DNA of 64,000 nt from Candidatus Ghiorseimicrobium undicola (GCA_002796125.1 PCWA01000035.1:457-64456); one strand, 5' to 3'; positions 46,584 through 56,155 are shown, counted from the first letter of the stretch. A program made the numbers and translations. Notes: generated from the sequence alone by a model not told the origin.

Positions 46584-46768
46584 TCCCTTGCCTAAACATC
46601 GGGTAAATCTCTTCGATATTTACCCCGATAGGCTGCGGGTAGGTTCGCGATTGATAAGATCTAACCTACTCCGAAGCTTAAGGGGGAAATTCTCGGAGAG
46701 AATTTACCCCTTGCTTAAGCGAGGAGATAATTCGCGCAAATCTCGCCGTAGGCGGATGCGCTCATTGA
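46584..46768 (+). repeat. Modular palindromic element, copy 3 (module A, extra hairpin, inverted module A, module B)
   Basis: Module A at 46584-46639; gtaggtt..aacctac hairpin; inverted variant ctccgaagcttaagggggaaatt...aatttaccccttgcttaagcgaggag; module B ends tcattga immediately before the ATG. Confidence 0.85.
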
Positions 46769-47584
46769 ATGGACGCTATTAGGGCTTATTTTAAACAATT
46801 GCGCAAAATCAAGCTTCTTACTCCAAAAGACGAGGTAGAGCTAAGCCGCCGTATCAAAAAAGGCGATGAGGAAGCGCGCAAGAAAATGATCAGCGCTAAT
46901 CTGCGTCTGGTGGTGAGCATTGCCAAGCGTTATTCTTATTTAGGCGTGCCTCTTATGGATTTAATTGAAGAGGGCAATGTTGGCCTGATGCGCGCGGTAG
47001 AAAAATTCAGCGCGAAGCGCGGATTCAGGTTTTCGACATATGCCGCCTGGTGGATAAGGCAGGCAATTACGCGTTCTGTCTTTGACCAGGCAAAAACTAT
47101 CCGTATCCCCGTATACATGAATGAGCAGATAAATAAAATCCGCAAGGTTACGGAAAAGCTCTCTCATAAACTAAAACGCATACCTACAAGCGCAGAAATT
47201 GGCAAGGCAATGCGTATTTCCGCCAGAAAAGTAGAGCGCGTGAATATGTGGATTAAAAAAATATCTTCACTGGAGGCGCCGGTCGGAGATGAAAAAGAAG
47301 GGCAGATGATAGACCTGATTGAGAATGAAAATTCCGTAAGCCCGGATAAGGAATTAAGCCGTTTTATGAACAAAGAGCGGATTAATGATATCCTGGAAGT
47401 TATGGAGGCGCGCGAAAAAGAGATACTGGATTTACGTTTTGGGCTTGTAGATGGGACCATTCATACTTTAGCTGAAGTGGCCAAGCATCTTAAGCTTTCC
47501 CGCGAGCGCGTGCGCCAGATAGAAGAAAGGGCGTTGAAGAAGCTCCGTAAGTTTATCGAAGACCAGGAAGAGGAGTTAAGATAA
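46769..47584 (+). CDS. Sigma70-family sigma factor, RpoD/RpoS-like, lacking region 1.1
   Basis: [66 protein letters not shown]. Confidence 0.9.
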   Translation: MDAIRAYFKQLRKIKLLTPKDEVELSRRIKKGDEEARKKMISANLRLVVSIAKRYSYLGVPLMDLIEEGNVGLMRAVEKFSAKRGFRFSTYAAWWIRQAITRSVFDQAKTIRIPVYMNEQINKIRKVTEKLSHKLKRIPTSAEIGKAMRISARKVERVNMWIKKISSLEAPVGDEKEGQMIDLIENENSVSPDKELSRFMNKERINDILEVMEAREKEILDLRFGLVDGTIHTLAEVAKHLKLSRERVRQIEERALKKLRKFIEDQEEELR

Positions 47585-47585
47585 T

Positions 47586-48443
47586 ATGAAGACATCTCTG
47601 CATCATGTATTTGCTTTGGTAGTCAGGCGTTTTGAGGATGCCCTGCATTCTTTTTATGTTTCAGAGGTTATAAAAGGGGCTTCTCTTGCCGCCAGCCGCC
47701 TGAAAATAGACTTGCTTGTCCATGTCACCGAAAAGAAGGTTCACGTCGACTGGCTTAATTCCCCGACGCTTAACCTTGAATATGTGGACGGAATTTTATT
47801 CGCTGATATCGATTGTGACGTAAAGACGCTTAAGAAGGTGCTGGATAAGAAAATACCCTGCCTGGTGATGAATAATTATTTAAAAGACCCCATAAACTGT
47901 ATCTCTATTGACAATAAGAATGCCGCGGTTGAGGCAGTGGAATATTTAATAAATCTTGGGCATACAAAAATTGCCACTATCAGTGGAGATTTGAGTACAC
48001 AGGCAGGCAAAGACAGGCTGGAAGGCTATAAGGTTGCTCTTACGCAAAATAAAATTCCTATCAATTTAAATTATATCCGTACGGGAAATTTTCTGCGCAC
48101 CCCTGCTCATCAGGCGGCAGAAACACTCCTTTCTCTAACTGACAGGCCTACCGCTATATTTGCCGCCAGCGACATCATGGCGCTTGAAGCGATAAGCGTC
48201 GCCGGCAAAAAAAACATAAAAGTCCCTGAACAGTTATCTGTTATCGGTTTTGATGATAATCCTATTCTTTCATATAGCGCGTTAGGGCTTACTACGGTAA
48301 GGCAGCCGATAACTGAAATGGGCAGGCTTGCCGTAGAGAATTTGTACCAGATAGTTAATAAAAAGGCAAAACAGGTTCCGATTAAGGTGCTCTTGCCTAC
48401 GAAGTTAATTAAGAGGGAAAGCTGCAAAGAAGTTAAAAAATAA
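47586..48443 (+). CDS. LacI-family ligand-binding domain protein without the N-terminal HTH
   Basis: [59 protein letters not shown]; begins directly at the core domain. Confidence 0.85.
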   Translation: MKTSLHHVFALVVRRFEDALHSFYVSEVIKGASLAASRLKIDLLVHVTEKKVHVDWLNSPTLNLEYVDGILFADIDCDVKTLKKVLDKKIPCLVMNNYLKDPINCISIDNKNAAVEAVEYLINLGHTKIATISGDLSTQAGKDRLEGYKVALTQNKIPINLNYIRTGNFLRTPAHQAAETLLSLTDRPTAIFAASDIMALEAISVAGKKNIKVPEQLSVIGFDDNPILSYSALGLTTVRQPITEMGRLAVENLYQIVNKKAKQVPIKVLLPTKLIKRESCKEVKK

Positions 48444-48456
48444 AAATGGAGAATTT

Positions 48457-48978
48457 ATGGATATAGAACAACTAAAAAATTCTATACGCGCCATACCCGA
48501 TTTTCCCAAAAAAGGGATTTTATTCAGGGATATAACCACTTTGCTTTCTGATAAGGAGGCGTTTAAAGCGGCTATTGATATGCTCTATGATTACTATAAA
48601 GATAAAAAAATAGATTGCGTTGTAGGCATAGAATCACGCGGTTTTATTCTTGGTTCCGTGCTCGCGTATAAATTAGGCTGCGGCTTTGTGCCGGTGAGAA
48701 AAAAAAATAAATTGCCTTATAAAACGCACAGCATAACCTACAGCCTGGAATATGGCACTGATACCCTGGAAATCCATGAGGATGCTTTTGCTAAAGGCGC
48801 GCGTATTTTAATCGTAGATGATCTTTTGGCAACCGGCGGGACAGTGGCGGCTGTTTGTGATTTAGTCAAAAAAATATCTTCTGATATCGTGGGAATATGT
48901 TTCTTGATTGAACTTACTGCTTTATCCGGCCGTGATAAGCTTAAAGGCCTGCCAGTTTTTTCATTAATTAAATTCTAA
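48457..48978 (+). CDS. apt: Adenine phosphoribosyltransferase
   Basis: [42 protein letters not shown]. Confidence 0.96.
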   Translation: MDIEQLKNSIRAIPDFPKKGILFRDITTLLSDKEAFKAAIDMLYDYYKDKKIDCVVGIESRGFILGSVLAYKLGCGFVPVRKKNKLPYKTHSITYSLEYGTDTLEIHEDAFAKGARILIVDDLLATGGTVAAVCDLVKKISSDIVGICFLIELTALSGRDKLKGLPVFSLIKF

Positions 48979-48999
48979 TTTTTCATTTTGCATTTTAAT

Positions 49000-49073
49000 G
49001 CGCCTGTAGCTCAGTTGGATAGAGCGTCCGCCTCCTAAGCAGAAGGCCCCCGGTTCGACTCCGGGCAGGCGCA
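49000..49073 (+). tRNA. tRNA-Arg (anticodon CCT); CCA not encoded
   Basis: GCGCCTG/CAGGCGC acceptor stem, D arm GCTC-AGTTGGATA-GAGC, anticodon loop CT-CCT-AA, T arm CCCGG-TTCGACT-CCGGG. Confidence 0.93.
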
Positions 49074-49154
49074 TAAATACAGAACTAAGAACTAAGAGTT
49101 ACGAGCTAAGAGTAAGTGGTTTTGAGGCAGAATTGTGGCAATTGTAAAAAAACC

Positions 49155-49183
49155 TTGACAAAGCAGGCTTTTCTTGATAAATT
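49155..49183 (+). promoter_or_regulatory. Sigma70-type promoter upstream of the major outer-membrane protein
   Basis: TTGACA, 17-bp spacer, TAAATT with extended TG. Confidence 0.55.
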
Positions 49184-49375
49184 TAACACAATATATACGT
49201 GCTACAAATGGCTATACCGCCAGAGGTAACTTTAAACATGACGGGAAAGGAGGTGTGGATATTAAAAGTCAAAGTTATCAAACTCCCGGCGATATAACAT
49301 AAATGGTAATTTCTAGGAAAAAGAACCTAGTTTAATATACTTACTGAATTTTTTAAAACTTTAAGGAGGTAGTAA

Positions 49376-50920
49376 ATGAGTAAAAAACTACTTATGTTCT
49401 GCGCGGCAATACTTGCTTTGGCATTAGTAGTGCCTGCATACGCTGAAGTACAGAACGTAAAAGTAAGCGGAGACCTTACCATTAATGCGTTAGATAGGTA
49501 TAATTTCGCATTGGGTAATACTGATGTTAATTGCGGTGGACATCAGGACGTATTGTATTCCGTTGCCCGTTTAAGAGTAGATGCCGAGTTAACCGACAAC
49601 GTATCAGTAGTAACAAGGCTCTTAAATGAAAGAATCTGGGGTGAAGAATATTATACAGACAACGATGGGGCTACCCAGATACCGACCGGAAGCGCTATCA
49701 CATCCAGCATCAGCCTTGATTTGGCATATGCTGTATTAAAAGAGTTCCTTTATTCGCCTTTGACATTGACCTTAGGCCGTCAGGAACTTCATTTCGGAAA
49801 TGACCTGATCATCGGTGATGTTGACGGCAATAGCATTGCCACACCCGCTTCACCTTTGACAATAACACAGGCTTCTTTAACTGACTTAGGCGACTTAAGC
49901 GTGCGTAAATCATTTGACGCTTTGCGCGGCACCTTGAATTACACGGTTGCCGATCAGCCTTTGACGGTTGATATGGTTTATTCCGTAATTGATGAAAATC
50001 TTAACAACAGAGATGATGATGTAAGGTTATACGGCGGAAACGCCAATTATCCGGTAAACAATGATATCTTGACCGAGGCTTATTTCTGGACCAGAGAAAG
50101 AAGGCCTGATTCAGTAGCAAGTATTACCGGCGCTCTTACTCCTGGACAAAATGAATTAAAGACGGAAAGATTGCATGTTATCGGTACAAGAGGAGTTTAT
50201 ACCGGTATAGATAATCTTACCCTTCAGGGCGAGTGGGCATATCAGTTTGGTAACAAATATATGGATTCCACGCTTTTACCTAACCTGATAACAGCGGCAA
50301 CGATTTTAAATAATCCTAATGGTTACAGGCTGGAAGATTCGCTTGAAGATGTAAGCGCGTGGGCATTACAGTTAGGCGCTAATTACGCCTTTGAGGATGT
50401 CCGTCACCTCCCGGTGCTAGGTATAATTTATACCCATTTATCCGGCGAGAATCCGTATGATTGTTCTGGCGGTATAAGCGAGCCAGATGGTGCTGCTTGG
50501 AATGGCTGGGATGCGATGTTTGAAAATCAGGCAACCGGTACAATATGGAATAAACTGCTTGGTTATTCAAACTGCGATCTTATCAATGTAACTGGAAGTG
50601 TTAAGCCTGATTTCATTGATGATTTGACAATCTTTGCTAACTGGTACCATATCAGATTGGATCAGCAATTAAGCAACAGCGAAGCCGGTTTGTATATACT
50701 TAGCGGAGTCGCGGGCGGCCAGACATTCAAGGTAAGCAGCGATAAGCACGTTGGTGATGAAATAGACGTAAATTTGGTCTATGACTACACAGAAGACGTA
50801 CAGTTAGGCTTAAACCTTGGATGGTTTACCCCTGGCGATCTGTTTAAAAGCACTGATGGCAATGAAGTAAACATGAAGACAGCCACACAGGCAATCGCCT
50901 CTTGCAAAGTTACATTTTAA
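49376..50920 (+). CDS. Outer-membrane beta-barrel, alginate-export (AlgE-like) family; probable major porin
   Basis: Signal AYA|EVQNVKVSGD, LTLGRQELHFGNDLIIGD, GDEIDVNLVYDYTEDV, C-terminal F; perfect SD TAAGGAGGT; own terminator. Confidence 0.8.
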   Translation: MSKKLLMFCAAILALALVVPAYAEVQNVKVSGDLTINALDRYNFALGNTDVNCGGHQDVLYSVARLRVDAELTDNVSVVTRLLNERIWGEEYYTDNDGATQIPTGSAITSSISLDLAYAVLKEFLYSPLTLTLGRQELHFGNDLIIGDVDGNSIATPASPLTITQASLTDLGDLSVRKSFDALRGTLNYTVADQPLTVDMVYSVIDENLNNRDDDVRLYGGNANYPVNNDILTEAYFWTRERRPDSVASITGALTPGQNELKTERLHVIGTRGVYTGIDNLTLQGEWAYQFGNKYMDSTLLPNLITAATILNNPNGYRLEDSLEDVSAWALQLGANYAFEDVRHLPVLGIIYTHLSGENPYDCSGGISEPDGAAWNGWDAMFENQATGTIWNKLLGYSNCDLINVTGSVKPDFIDDLTIFANWYHIRLDQQLSNSEAGLYILSGVAGGQTFKVSSDKHVGDEIDVNLVYDYTEDVQLGLNLGWFTPGDLFKSTDGNEVNMKTATQAIASCKVTF

Positions 50921-50937
50921 CTTAAGCGGTTGTAAAA

Positions 50938-50974
50938 TAAAACCCCGCAGGCCAAAAGCTTGCGGGGTTTTTTA
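50938..50974 (+). terminator. Rho-independent terminator
   Basis: aaaaccccgcagg-ccaaaag-cttgcggggtttttta. Confidence 0.85.
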
Positions 50975-51003
50975 TTGCTTATGAATAAGTAATTTGTTAT
51001 AAT
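50975..51003 (+). promoter_or_regulatory. Sigma70-type promoter for the CBM/ParA pair
   Basis: TTGCTT, 17-bp spacer, TATAAT with extended TG. Confidence 0.6.
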
Positions 51004-51076
51004 ATTTTAGTTAAGCCTAAGTCATTGACAAAAGAGACAGATTTTATTTGACACCATATGTATATATTGTTAAAAT

Positions 51077-51661
51077 ATGAAAAATAGAAAGATTTACGAC
51101 CAGATTGCCGACACTTTTTTAGGAGCAAGAAAAAAAATAGATGTCAAAAGAGATACGCGAAAACAAAAAAAGATTATTGTATTGGCGGTAATAATTATCA
51201 GTATATTATTTACCGCCCTTTTTTTAAAGAAATCCGCTCTTTCTAATGGTAGGGACGCTAAGGATGTAAAAGGGGCGGTTTATGTGCTTAGCGAGCGGTA
51301 TCCGCTGAGATTATCTTATAATTTACAATATCCTTCAAGCGGCATAAAGAATTTTTCATTTTCCCTGCCGCCTGTCGATCTAGGCGCCTATAAATTATTT
51401 GCATTACGCATCAAGGGCGATAAGGAAGCGGACTTTACAAAAATAATCAAGATAGAGTTTGAAAATTCGCGGCACGAGAAGGACTCGTTTTACGCCGACG
51501 GGATTACTGAAAAGTGGCAGGAATTTTCCGCCGCCTTTGATAAATTAAATAATATCAGCGATTGGTCAGAGATTACAAAGATATCTTTTATTTTTGAAGA
51601 TTGGAACGTTAGCCGGAAAAAAGGCATTATATATATTGATAATATAAGGTTTAGCGAGTAG
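51077..51661 (+). CDS. Membrane-anchored carbohydrate-binding-like protein (CBM11/CIA30-like beta-sandwich)
   Basis: Basic N-terminus and one TM helix, then DLGAYKLFALRIKGD, KWQEF, DWSEITKISFIF, GIIYIDNIRF. Confidence 0.65.
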   Translation: MKNRKIYDQIADTFLGARKKIDVKRDTRKQKKIIVLAVIIISILFTALFLKKSALSNGRDAKDVKGAVYVLSERYPLRLSYNLQYPSSGIKNFSFSLPPVDLGAYKLFALRIKGDKEADFTKIIKIEFENSRHEKDSFYADGITEKWQEFSAAFDKLNNISDWSEITKISFIFEDWNVSRKKGIIYIDNIRFSE

Positions 51662-51674
51662 AGGAGGTTAAAAT

Positions 51675-52784
51675 ATGCGTATAATATCTATCGCGAATCA
51701 GAAAGGCGGATGCGGAAAAACTACTACCGCGGTAAATTTATCTGCCGGGCTTGCTTCTTTAGGTTATAAGGTTTTACTTATAGATTTAGACCCTCAGGCG
51801 CATGCTTCTCTCGGCTTAGGCGTATCCCGCGAGATTACTATTTATGACGTGCTTTCAAAGCTTACAAAATATAAGGCAACGCTTTCGCAGATAATAGTTC
51901 CCATAAATGATAACTTTGATTTGGCTCCTTCCAATATACTTCTCTCAACCCTTGAGCAGGAATTATCCGATGAAATATCCAGGGAGGCGTGCCTTCATGA
52001 AGTGCTTTCAAGCTTTAAATCAAATTATGATTTTTGTTTTATAGATTGCCCCCCGAATCTTGGGCTTTTGACGATTAATGCCATCCGGGCGAGTTCCGAG
52101 GTAATCATTCCTGCCGAGGCAAGCCGCTTTTCAGTAGAAGGCGTTAAAAAAATAACCGAAATTATCGACCTCATAAAGAACCGGCTGAATCACGCGGTAA
52201 CCAATAAAGTGTTGGTCACCATGTTTGATTCCCGCCTAAATCATTCATTTGAAGTGCTCAATACAATTAAGAATGTTTTTGCCAAAAACTTATTTGATAC
52301 GATTGTCCATGTTAATGTAAAGCTTAAAGAGGCTCAATCCAGCGGCCTTCCTGTTATCGCGCACGATAAATATTGCCGCGGCAGTAAGGACTACATCAGC
52401 CTTGCCAGAGAACTCACCTTAAATAGCAAGCCGCGGGAACAGGAAAAAGTGACGGAAAAAGCCGTAAAGGCAACATTGGAGAAGAAGATAGAAGAAGAAA
52501 TGCGAAAATTTATCCCTGTCGCTTTTAACCTGCACGCGCCTGATGCGAAGGAAGTTTATTTAGTGGGCGACTTTAATAACTGGACGAAATCCGATGAAGC
52601 GCGCATGATCCGCCAGGGCAACGGCGACGCTAAGTGGTCGATTAATTTACCTTTGGCGCGCGGCGGCTACCGCTATAAATTTATCGTTGATGATAATTGG
52701 ACGGAAGACCCTTTAAACCCCAAAAAGGCGAGGAATTCTTTCGGAGGAGTGGATTCTTTAATAGAGGTTTCAGATAATAATTAA
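51675..52784 (+). CDS. ParA/Soj ATPase fused to a C-terminal CBM48 (AMPK-beta-type glycogen-binding) domain
   Basis: ANQKGGCGKTTTAVN, IDLDPQ, IDCPPNLG; C-terminal APDAKEVYLVGDFNNW...GGYRYKFIVDDNWTEDPLNP. Confidence 0.88.
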   Translation: MRIISIANQKGGCGKTTTAVNLSAGLASLGYKVLLIDLDPQAHASLGLGVSREITIYDVLSKLTKYKATLSQIIVPINDNFDLAPSNILLSTLEQELSDEISREACLHEVLSSFKSNYDFCFIDCPPNLGLLTINAIRASSEVIIPAEASRFSVEGVKKITEIIDLIKNRLNHAVTNKVLVTMFDSRLNHSFEVLNTIKNVFAKNLFDTIVHVNVKLKEAQSSGLPVIAHDKYCRGSKDYISLARELTLNSKPREQEKVTEKAVKATLEKKIEEEMRKFIPVAFNLHAPDAKEVYLVGDFNNWTKSDEARMIRQGNGDAKWSINLPLARGGYRYKFIVDDNWTEDPLNPKKARNSFGGVDSLIEVSDNN

Positions 52785-52799
52785 AATACCGTTTGATTT

Positions 52800-52843
52800 A
52801 ATAAATCCCGCATGCTTGGCGCCTTAAATATGCGGGATTTATT
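52800..52843. terminator. Terminator-like hairpin
   Basis: aataaatcccgcat...atgcgggatttatt. Confidence 0.7.
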
Positions 52844-52858
52844 TTAACCCATATAAAC

Positions 52859-53863
52859 ATGAAAGAAGCGCTTCTTTATAAAAAACTTGAAAATAAAAAA
52901 GTCGCTTGTTTTCTCTGCGCGCATCATTGCAACATTGCCTCTGGCGGAGTAGGGGTATGCGGCGTGCGGAAAAATATAAACGGAGAGCTTTTTACTTTTT
53001 CCTACGGCAATTTGATATCTGCCAACCTTGATCCTATAGAGAAAAAGCCGCTGTTCCATTTTATGCCCGGTAGTTCATCTTACTCTATCGCTGCCAAGGG
53101 ATGTAATTTCAGGTGCGGCTTTTGCCAGAACTGGCAGATATCGCAGGACAGGGACATTGACGGCAGGGGCGAATTTAACAAAGAATACTTACCTGAAAAT
53201 GTCGTTAAGGCGGCTGTTAAAAGCGGCGCGAAAAGCGTTTCATACACATATACGGAACCTACAATCTTTTTTGAATATGCCATGGATATTGCCAAGGCGG
53301 CAAATTCCAATGGATTAAAAAATGTTTTTGTGACCAACGGCTATATGACCGCCGATGCTCTAAAGTTGATCAGGCCTTATCTTGATGCCGCCAATATTGA
53401 TCTAAAATCATTCAGGGATGATTTTTATAAGAAGGTTTGCGCAGGCAGGCTCTTACCGGTATTAGATACTATACGCTTAATGCATGAGCTTGGCATATGG
53501 ATAGAATTGACTACTTTAGTCATTCCCGGATTAAATGATTCAGAAAAAGAGCTCAGCTCTATTGCCGCTTTTATCGCAAAAGTAGACAAATCCATCCCTT
53601 GGCATGTATCGCGTTTTCATCCTGACTACAAATTACAGGATAACCCGCCTACTTCAGTAAAAACCTTGGAAATGGCTAAACAGGCAGGGGAGAAGGCAGG
53701 CCTGCGCTATGTTTACATTGGCAATGTAATGCAGGAAGAAAATACTTTTTGTTATAATTGCGGAAAGCTATTAATACGCAGGATTATGTTTAATGTAGGC
53801 GAAAACAATATTAAAAATGCCAAATGTTTATATTGCAATTCGCCAATCGATGGTGTATATTAA
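52859..53863 (+). CDS. amrS: AmmeMemoRadiSam-system radical SAM enzyme
   Basis: MKEALLY, CFLCAHHC, DPIEKKPLFHF, GCNFRCGFCQNWQISQ, YTYTEPTIF, HVSRFHPDY. Confidence 0.88.
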   Translation: MKEALLYKKLENKKVACFLCAHHCNIASGGVGVCGVRKNINGELFTFSYGNLISANLDPIEKKPLFHFMPGSSSYSIAAKGCNFRCGFCQNWQISQDRDIDGRGEFNKEYLPENVVKAAVKSGAKSVSYTYTEPTIFFEYAMDIAKAANSNGLKNVFVTNGYMTADALKLIRPYLDAANIDLKSFRDDFYKKVCAGRLLPVLDTIRLMHELGIWIELTTLVIPGLNDSEKELSSIAAFIAKVDKSIPWHVSRFHPDYKLQDNPPTSVKTLEMAKQAGEKAGLRYVYIGNVMQEENTFCYNCGKLLIRRIMFNVGENNIKNAKCLYCNSPIDGVY

Positions 53864-53955
53864 ATACCGTTAACTTTACATTTTAGTCAATGACTCTGAT
53901 GTAAAGTTATGGATAGGTCAAGCCGGGTAATGACGCATCAAATTCAATAGCTATT

Positions 53956-54774
53956 ATGTCAATATATGAATCGATTATTTTAGGCATCGTGCAGGGGCTG
54001 GGTGAATTTTTGCCTATCAGTAGTTCAGGGCATCTTATAATCGTGCCGTATCTTTTTGGGTTTAAGCCGCATAGCTTAAGCTTTGATGTTATGCTGCATT
54101 TAGGCACGTTTTTTGCGCTTTTGATATATTTTTTTTCTGATTGGCTGAAGATTTTAAAAGAAGGATATTTGAGCCTAAAAGAAAAGACCATAAACGGGCC
54201 GTTGGAACGTAAACTTTTCTGGTATATTTTGCTTGCGACAATTCCCGCGGTAATTATCGGTTTATTATTTGAAGGCTTAGCCGAGAATACGTTTCGCAGC
54301 CCTTTACTGGTATCGTTGGTTTTAGCGGGGTTCGGGGTAATTTTTTATTTCGCCCAGAAAAAAAATAAAGGCGTTAAAACTTTAGGCGAAATGAGGCGCG
54401 GGGATGCGTTTTTAATCGGCCTGGCCCAAAGCATTGCCATATTGCCTGGAGTTTCGCGTTCGGGAGCGACGATTACGGCAGCGCTCGCCTTAGATTTAAA
54501 AAAAGAAGAAGCCGTGCGTTTTTCTTTTTTGCTCTCTATGCCGGTAGTATTTGGTGCCGCGATATTAAAACTGAAAGATATATTCCATGATACGGCGAAT
54601 ATATACTGGTATGTTTTACTTGCCGGCTTTTTAGCCGCACTGGTTACGGGGTTATTATCTATTCATTTTTTGCTGCAATTTATTAAGAGGTTCTCTTTTA
54701 ATTTATTTATCGTCTATCGGATTATTTTCGGCATGGCTGTTGCCGGAATCTTCATTTTTGGCGCAAGGCTATGA
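53956..54774 (+). CDS. uppP: Undecaprenyl-diphosphate phosphatase
   Basis: GIVQGLGEFLPISSSGHL, PGVSRSGATI, RFSFLLSMP. Confidence 0.95.
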   Translation: MSIYESIILGIVQGLGEFLPISSSGHLIIVPYLFGFKPHSLSFDVMLHLGTFFALLIYFFSDWLKILKEGYLSLKEKTINGPLERKLFWYILLATIPAVIIGLLFEGLAENTFRSPLLVSLVLAGFGVIFYFAQKKNKGVKTLGEMRRGDAFLIGLAQSIAILPGVSRSGATITAALALDLKKEEAVRFSFLLSMPVVFGAAILKLKDIFHDTANIYWYVLLAGFLAALVTGLLSIHFLLQFIKRFSFNLFIVYRIIFGMAVAGIFIFGARL

Positions 54775-56153
54775 ACAATAAAGATAAAAAAAACGTAAAG
54801 ATTCTGGCTTTATTTTTGCCGGAAATAAAAGAATGCTTAAAGAGCAAGAATTTTATTGAGCTAAAGGGCATATTAGGCAAAATTCCTATTATGGATTTGG
54901 TAGAGGGTTGGCATGAGTTTGAAAAGCAGGAAAAGATCCTTATTTTTAAGCTTTTAAGTATTAAGCATGCTATAGAGCTTTTTGAATCGCTGAGGGTCGA
55001 ACAGCAGTCATTTTTGTTAAGTAATCTTGAAGACGCCAACGTGTCCGAGATATTAAACGAGATGGCCTCTGATGAACGCGCCGACCTTTTTAAAGACCTT
55101 CCGGAAAGGGTTTATAAGAAATTTCTGCGCTTAATGCGGAAAAATGAGGCTGCCGATGTTGCCAGGCTTCTTACTTACGAAGAGGGGACTGCCGGGGCCG
55201 TGATGACCACAGAGTTTGTGGAGCTTGCTAAAGACATGACGGCAAGAAGCGCGATATTAAAGCTCCAGGATACGCTAAAATTTGACAGCGGCATGGATAT
55301 TAATTCCGTTTATGTTACCGATGCCGAGCACAGGCTGATCGGCGCCGTTGACCTGCAGGGCCTGATAAAGGCTCCGGCGGATATGCCGGTAAAAGATTTT
55401 ATGTCCAATATAGACCATTTAAAGGTATACGTGGAGACTTCCGATATTGCCGTTGCCAAAACTTTTAAGAAGTACGATTTGGTAAACGCGCCGGTAATAG
55501 ATTCTTCCGGCAAGCTTATCGGCGTGATTACAGTTGATGATATAGTTGATTTAATAGAAAAGGAAGCCACGGAAGACTTTGAAAAGATAGCGGCTGTTTT
55601 GCCTTTTGAAAAGCCGTACATGGAGGCAAATTTTTTCAAGCTTGTATGGAAAAGGAGCTTTTGGCTTATTGTTTTGGTTGTGGTTGAGTCAATGTCGGCG
55701 TTTGTTTTAAAGTTTAACAACCAGGCAATTAATAATATGGTAGCGCTTACCTTTTTTGTTCCCATATTGATAGCCATGGGCGGTAATGCGGGAACACAGT
55801 CGGCAACGATGATTATAAGAAGCCTGGCTATCGGCGATCTTGGGGTAAAGGATTTTTTCAAGGTTGTTTTAAGGGAGTCGTTTCTGGGTATTTTTATAGG
55901 TGTGACTGTGGCCGTAGTTGGCTCCTTAATTGTTTCTTTTCTTGAGCATGACCCGCTACTGAGCATGGCGGTGGGAATTTCCATGTGTGCCAATATAATA
56001 CTTGCGGCAACAATCGGCGCGGCTTTGCCCATAATCTTTCGGCGCCTGAAGCTTGACCCTGCCCTTATGAGCGGCCCGCTTATCGCCACATGTGTTGATG
56101 TATTCGGCCTGATCATATATTTTAAGGTTGCCGGTTTAATACTCCCCAGTTAA
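54771..56153 (+). CDS. mgtE: Magnesium transporter
   Basis: N-domain, CBS pair (TAGAVMTTEF, GVITVDDIVD), AMGGNAGTQS, DPALMSGPLIAT. Confidence 0.95.
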   Translation: MNNKDKKNVKILALFLPEIKECLKSKNFIELKGILGKIPIMDLVEGWHEFEKQEKILIFKLLSIKHAIELFESLRVEQQSFLLSNLEDANVSEILNEMASDERADLFKDLPERVYKKFLRLMRKNEAADVARLLTYEEGTAGAVMTTEFVELAKDMTARSAILKLQDTLKFDSGMDINSVYVTDAEHRLIGAVDLQGLIKAPADMPVKDFMSNIDHLKVYVETSDIAVAKTFKKYDLVNAPVIDSSGKLIGVITVDDIVDLIEKEATEDFEKIAAVLPFEKPYMEANFFKLVWKRSFWLIVLVVVESMSAFVLKFNNQAINNMVALTFFVPILIAMGGNAGTQSATMIIRSLAIGDLGVKDFFKVVLRESFLGIFIGVTVAVVGSLIVSFLEHDPLLSMAVGISMCANIILAATIGAALPIIFRRLKLDPALMSGPLIATCVDVFGLIIYFKVAGLILPS

Positions 56154-56155
56154 TA

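Noticed and set aside
46588-46782. 64-aa ORF upstream of the sigma factor
   Set aside because: It lies entirely within the palindromic repeat element, starts at TTG without an SD and has no protein-like features.
49000-49376. tRNA-anchored genomic island or prophage
   Set aside because: No integrase and no duplicated tRNA 3' end found in the window.
51048-51076. TTGACA-17-TAAAAT as the promoter of the 51077 gene
   Set aside because: The -10 element abuts the ATG, so transcription would start inside the ORF; the upstream promoter at 50975-51003 fits better. It may instead serve the ParA gene.
55310-56116. 268-aa minus-strand ORF and the many other antisense ORFs in the track
   Set aside because: They are shadows of well-supported genes (here mgtE), with no motifs or RBS.
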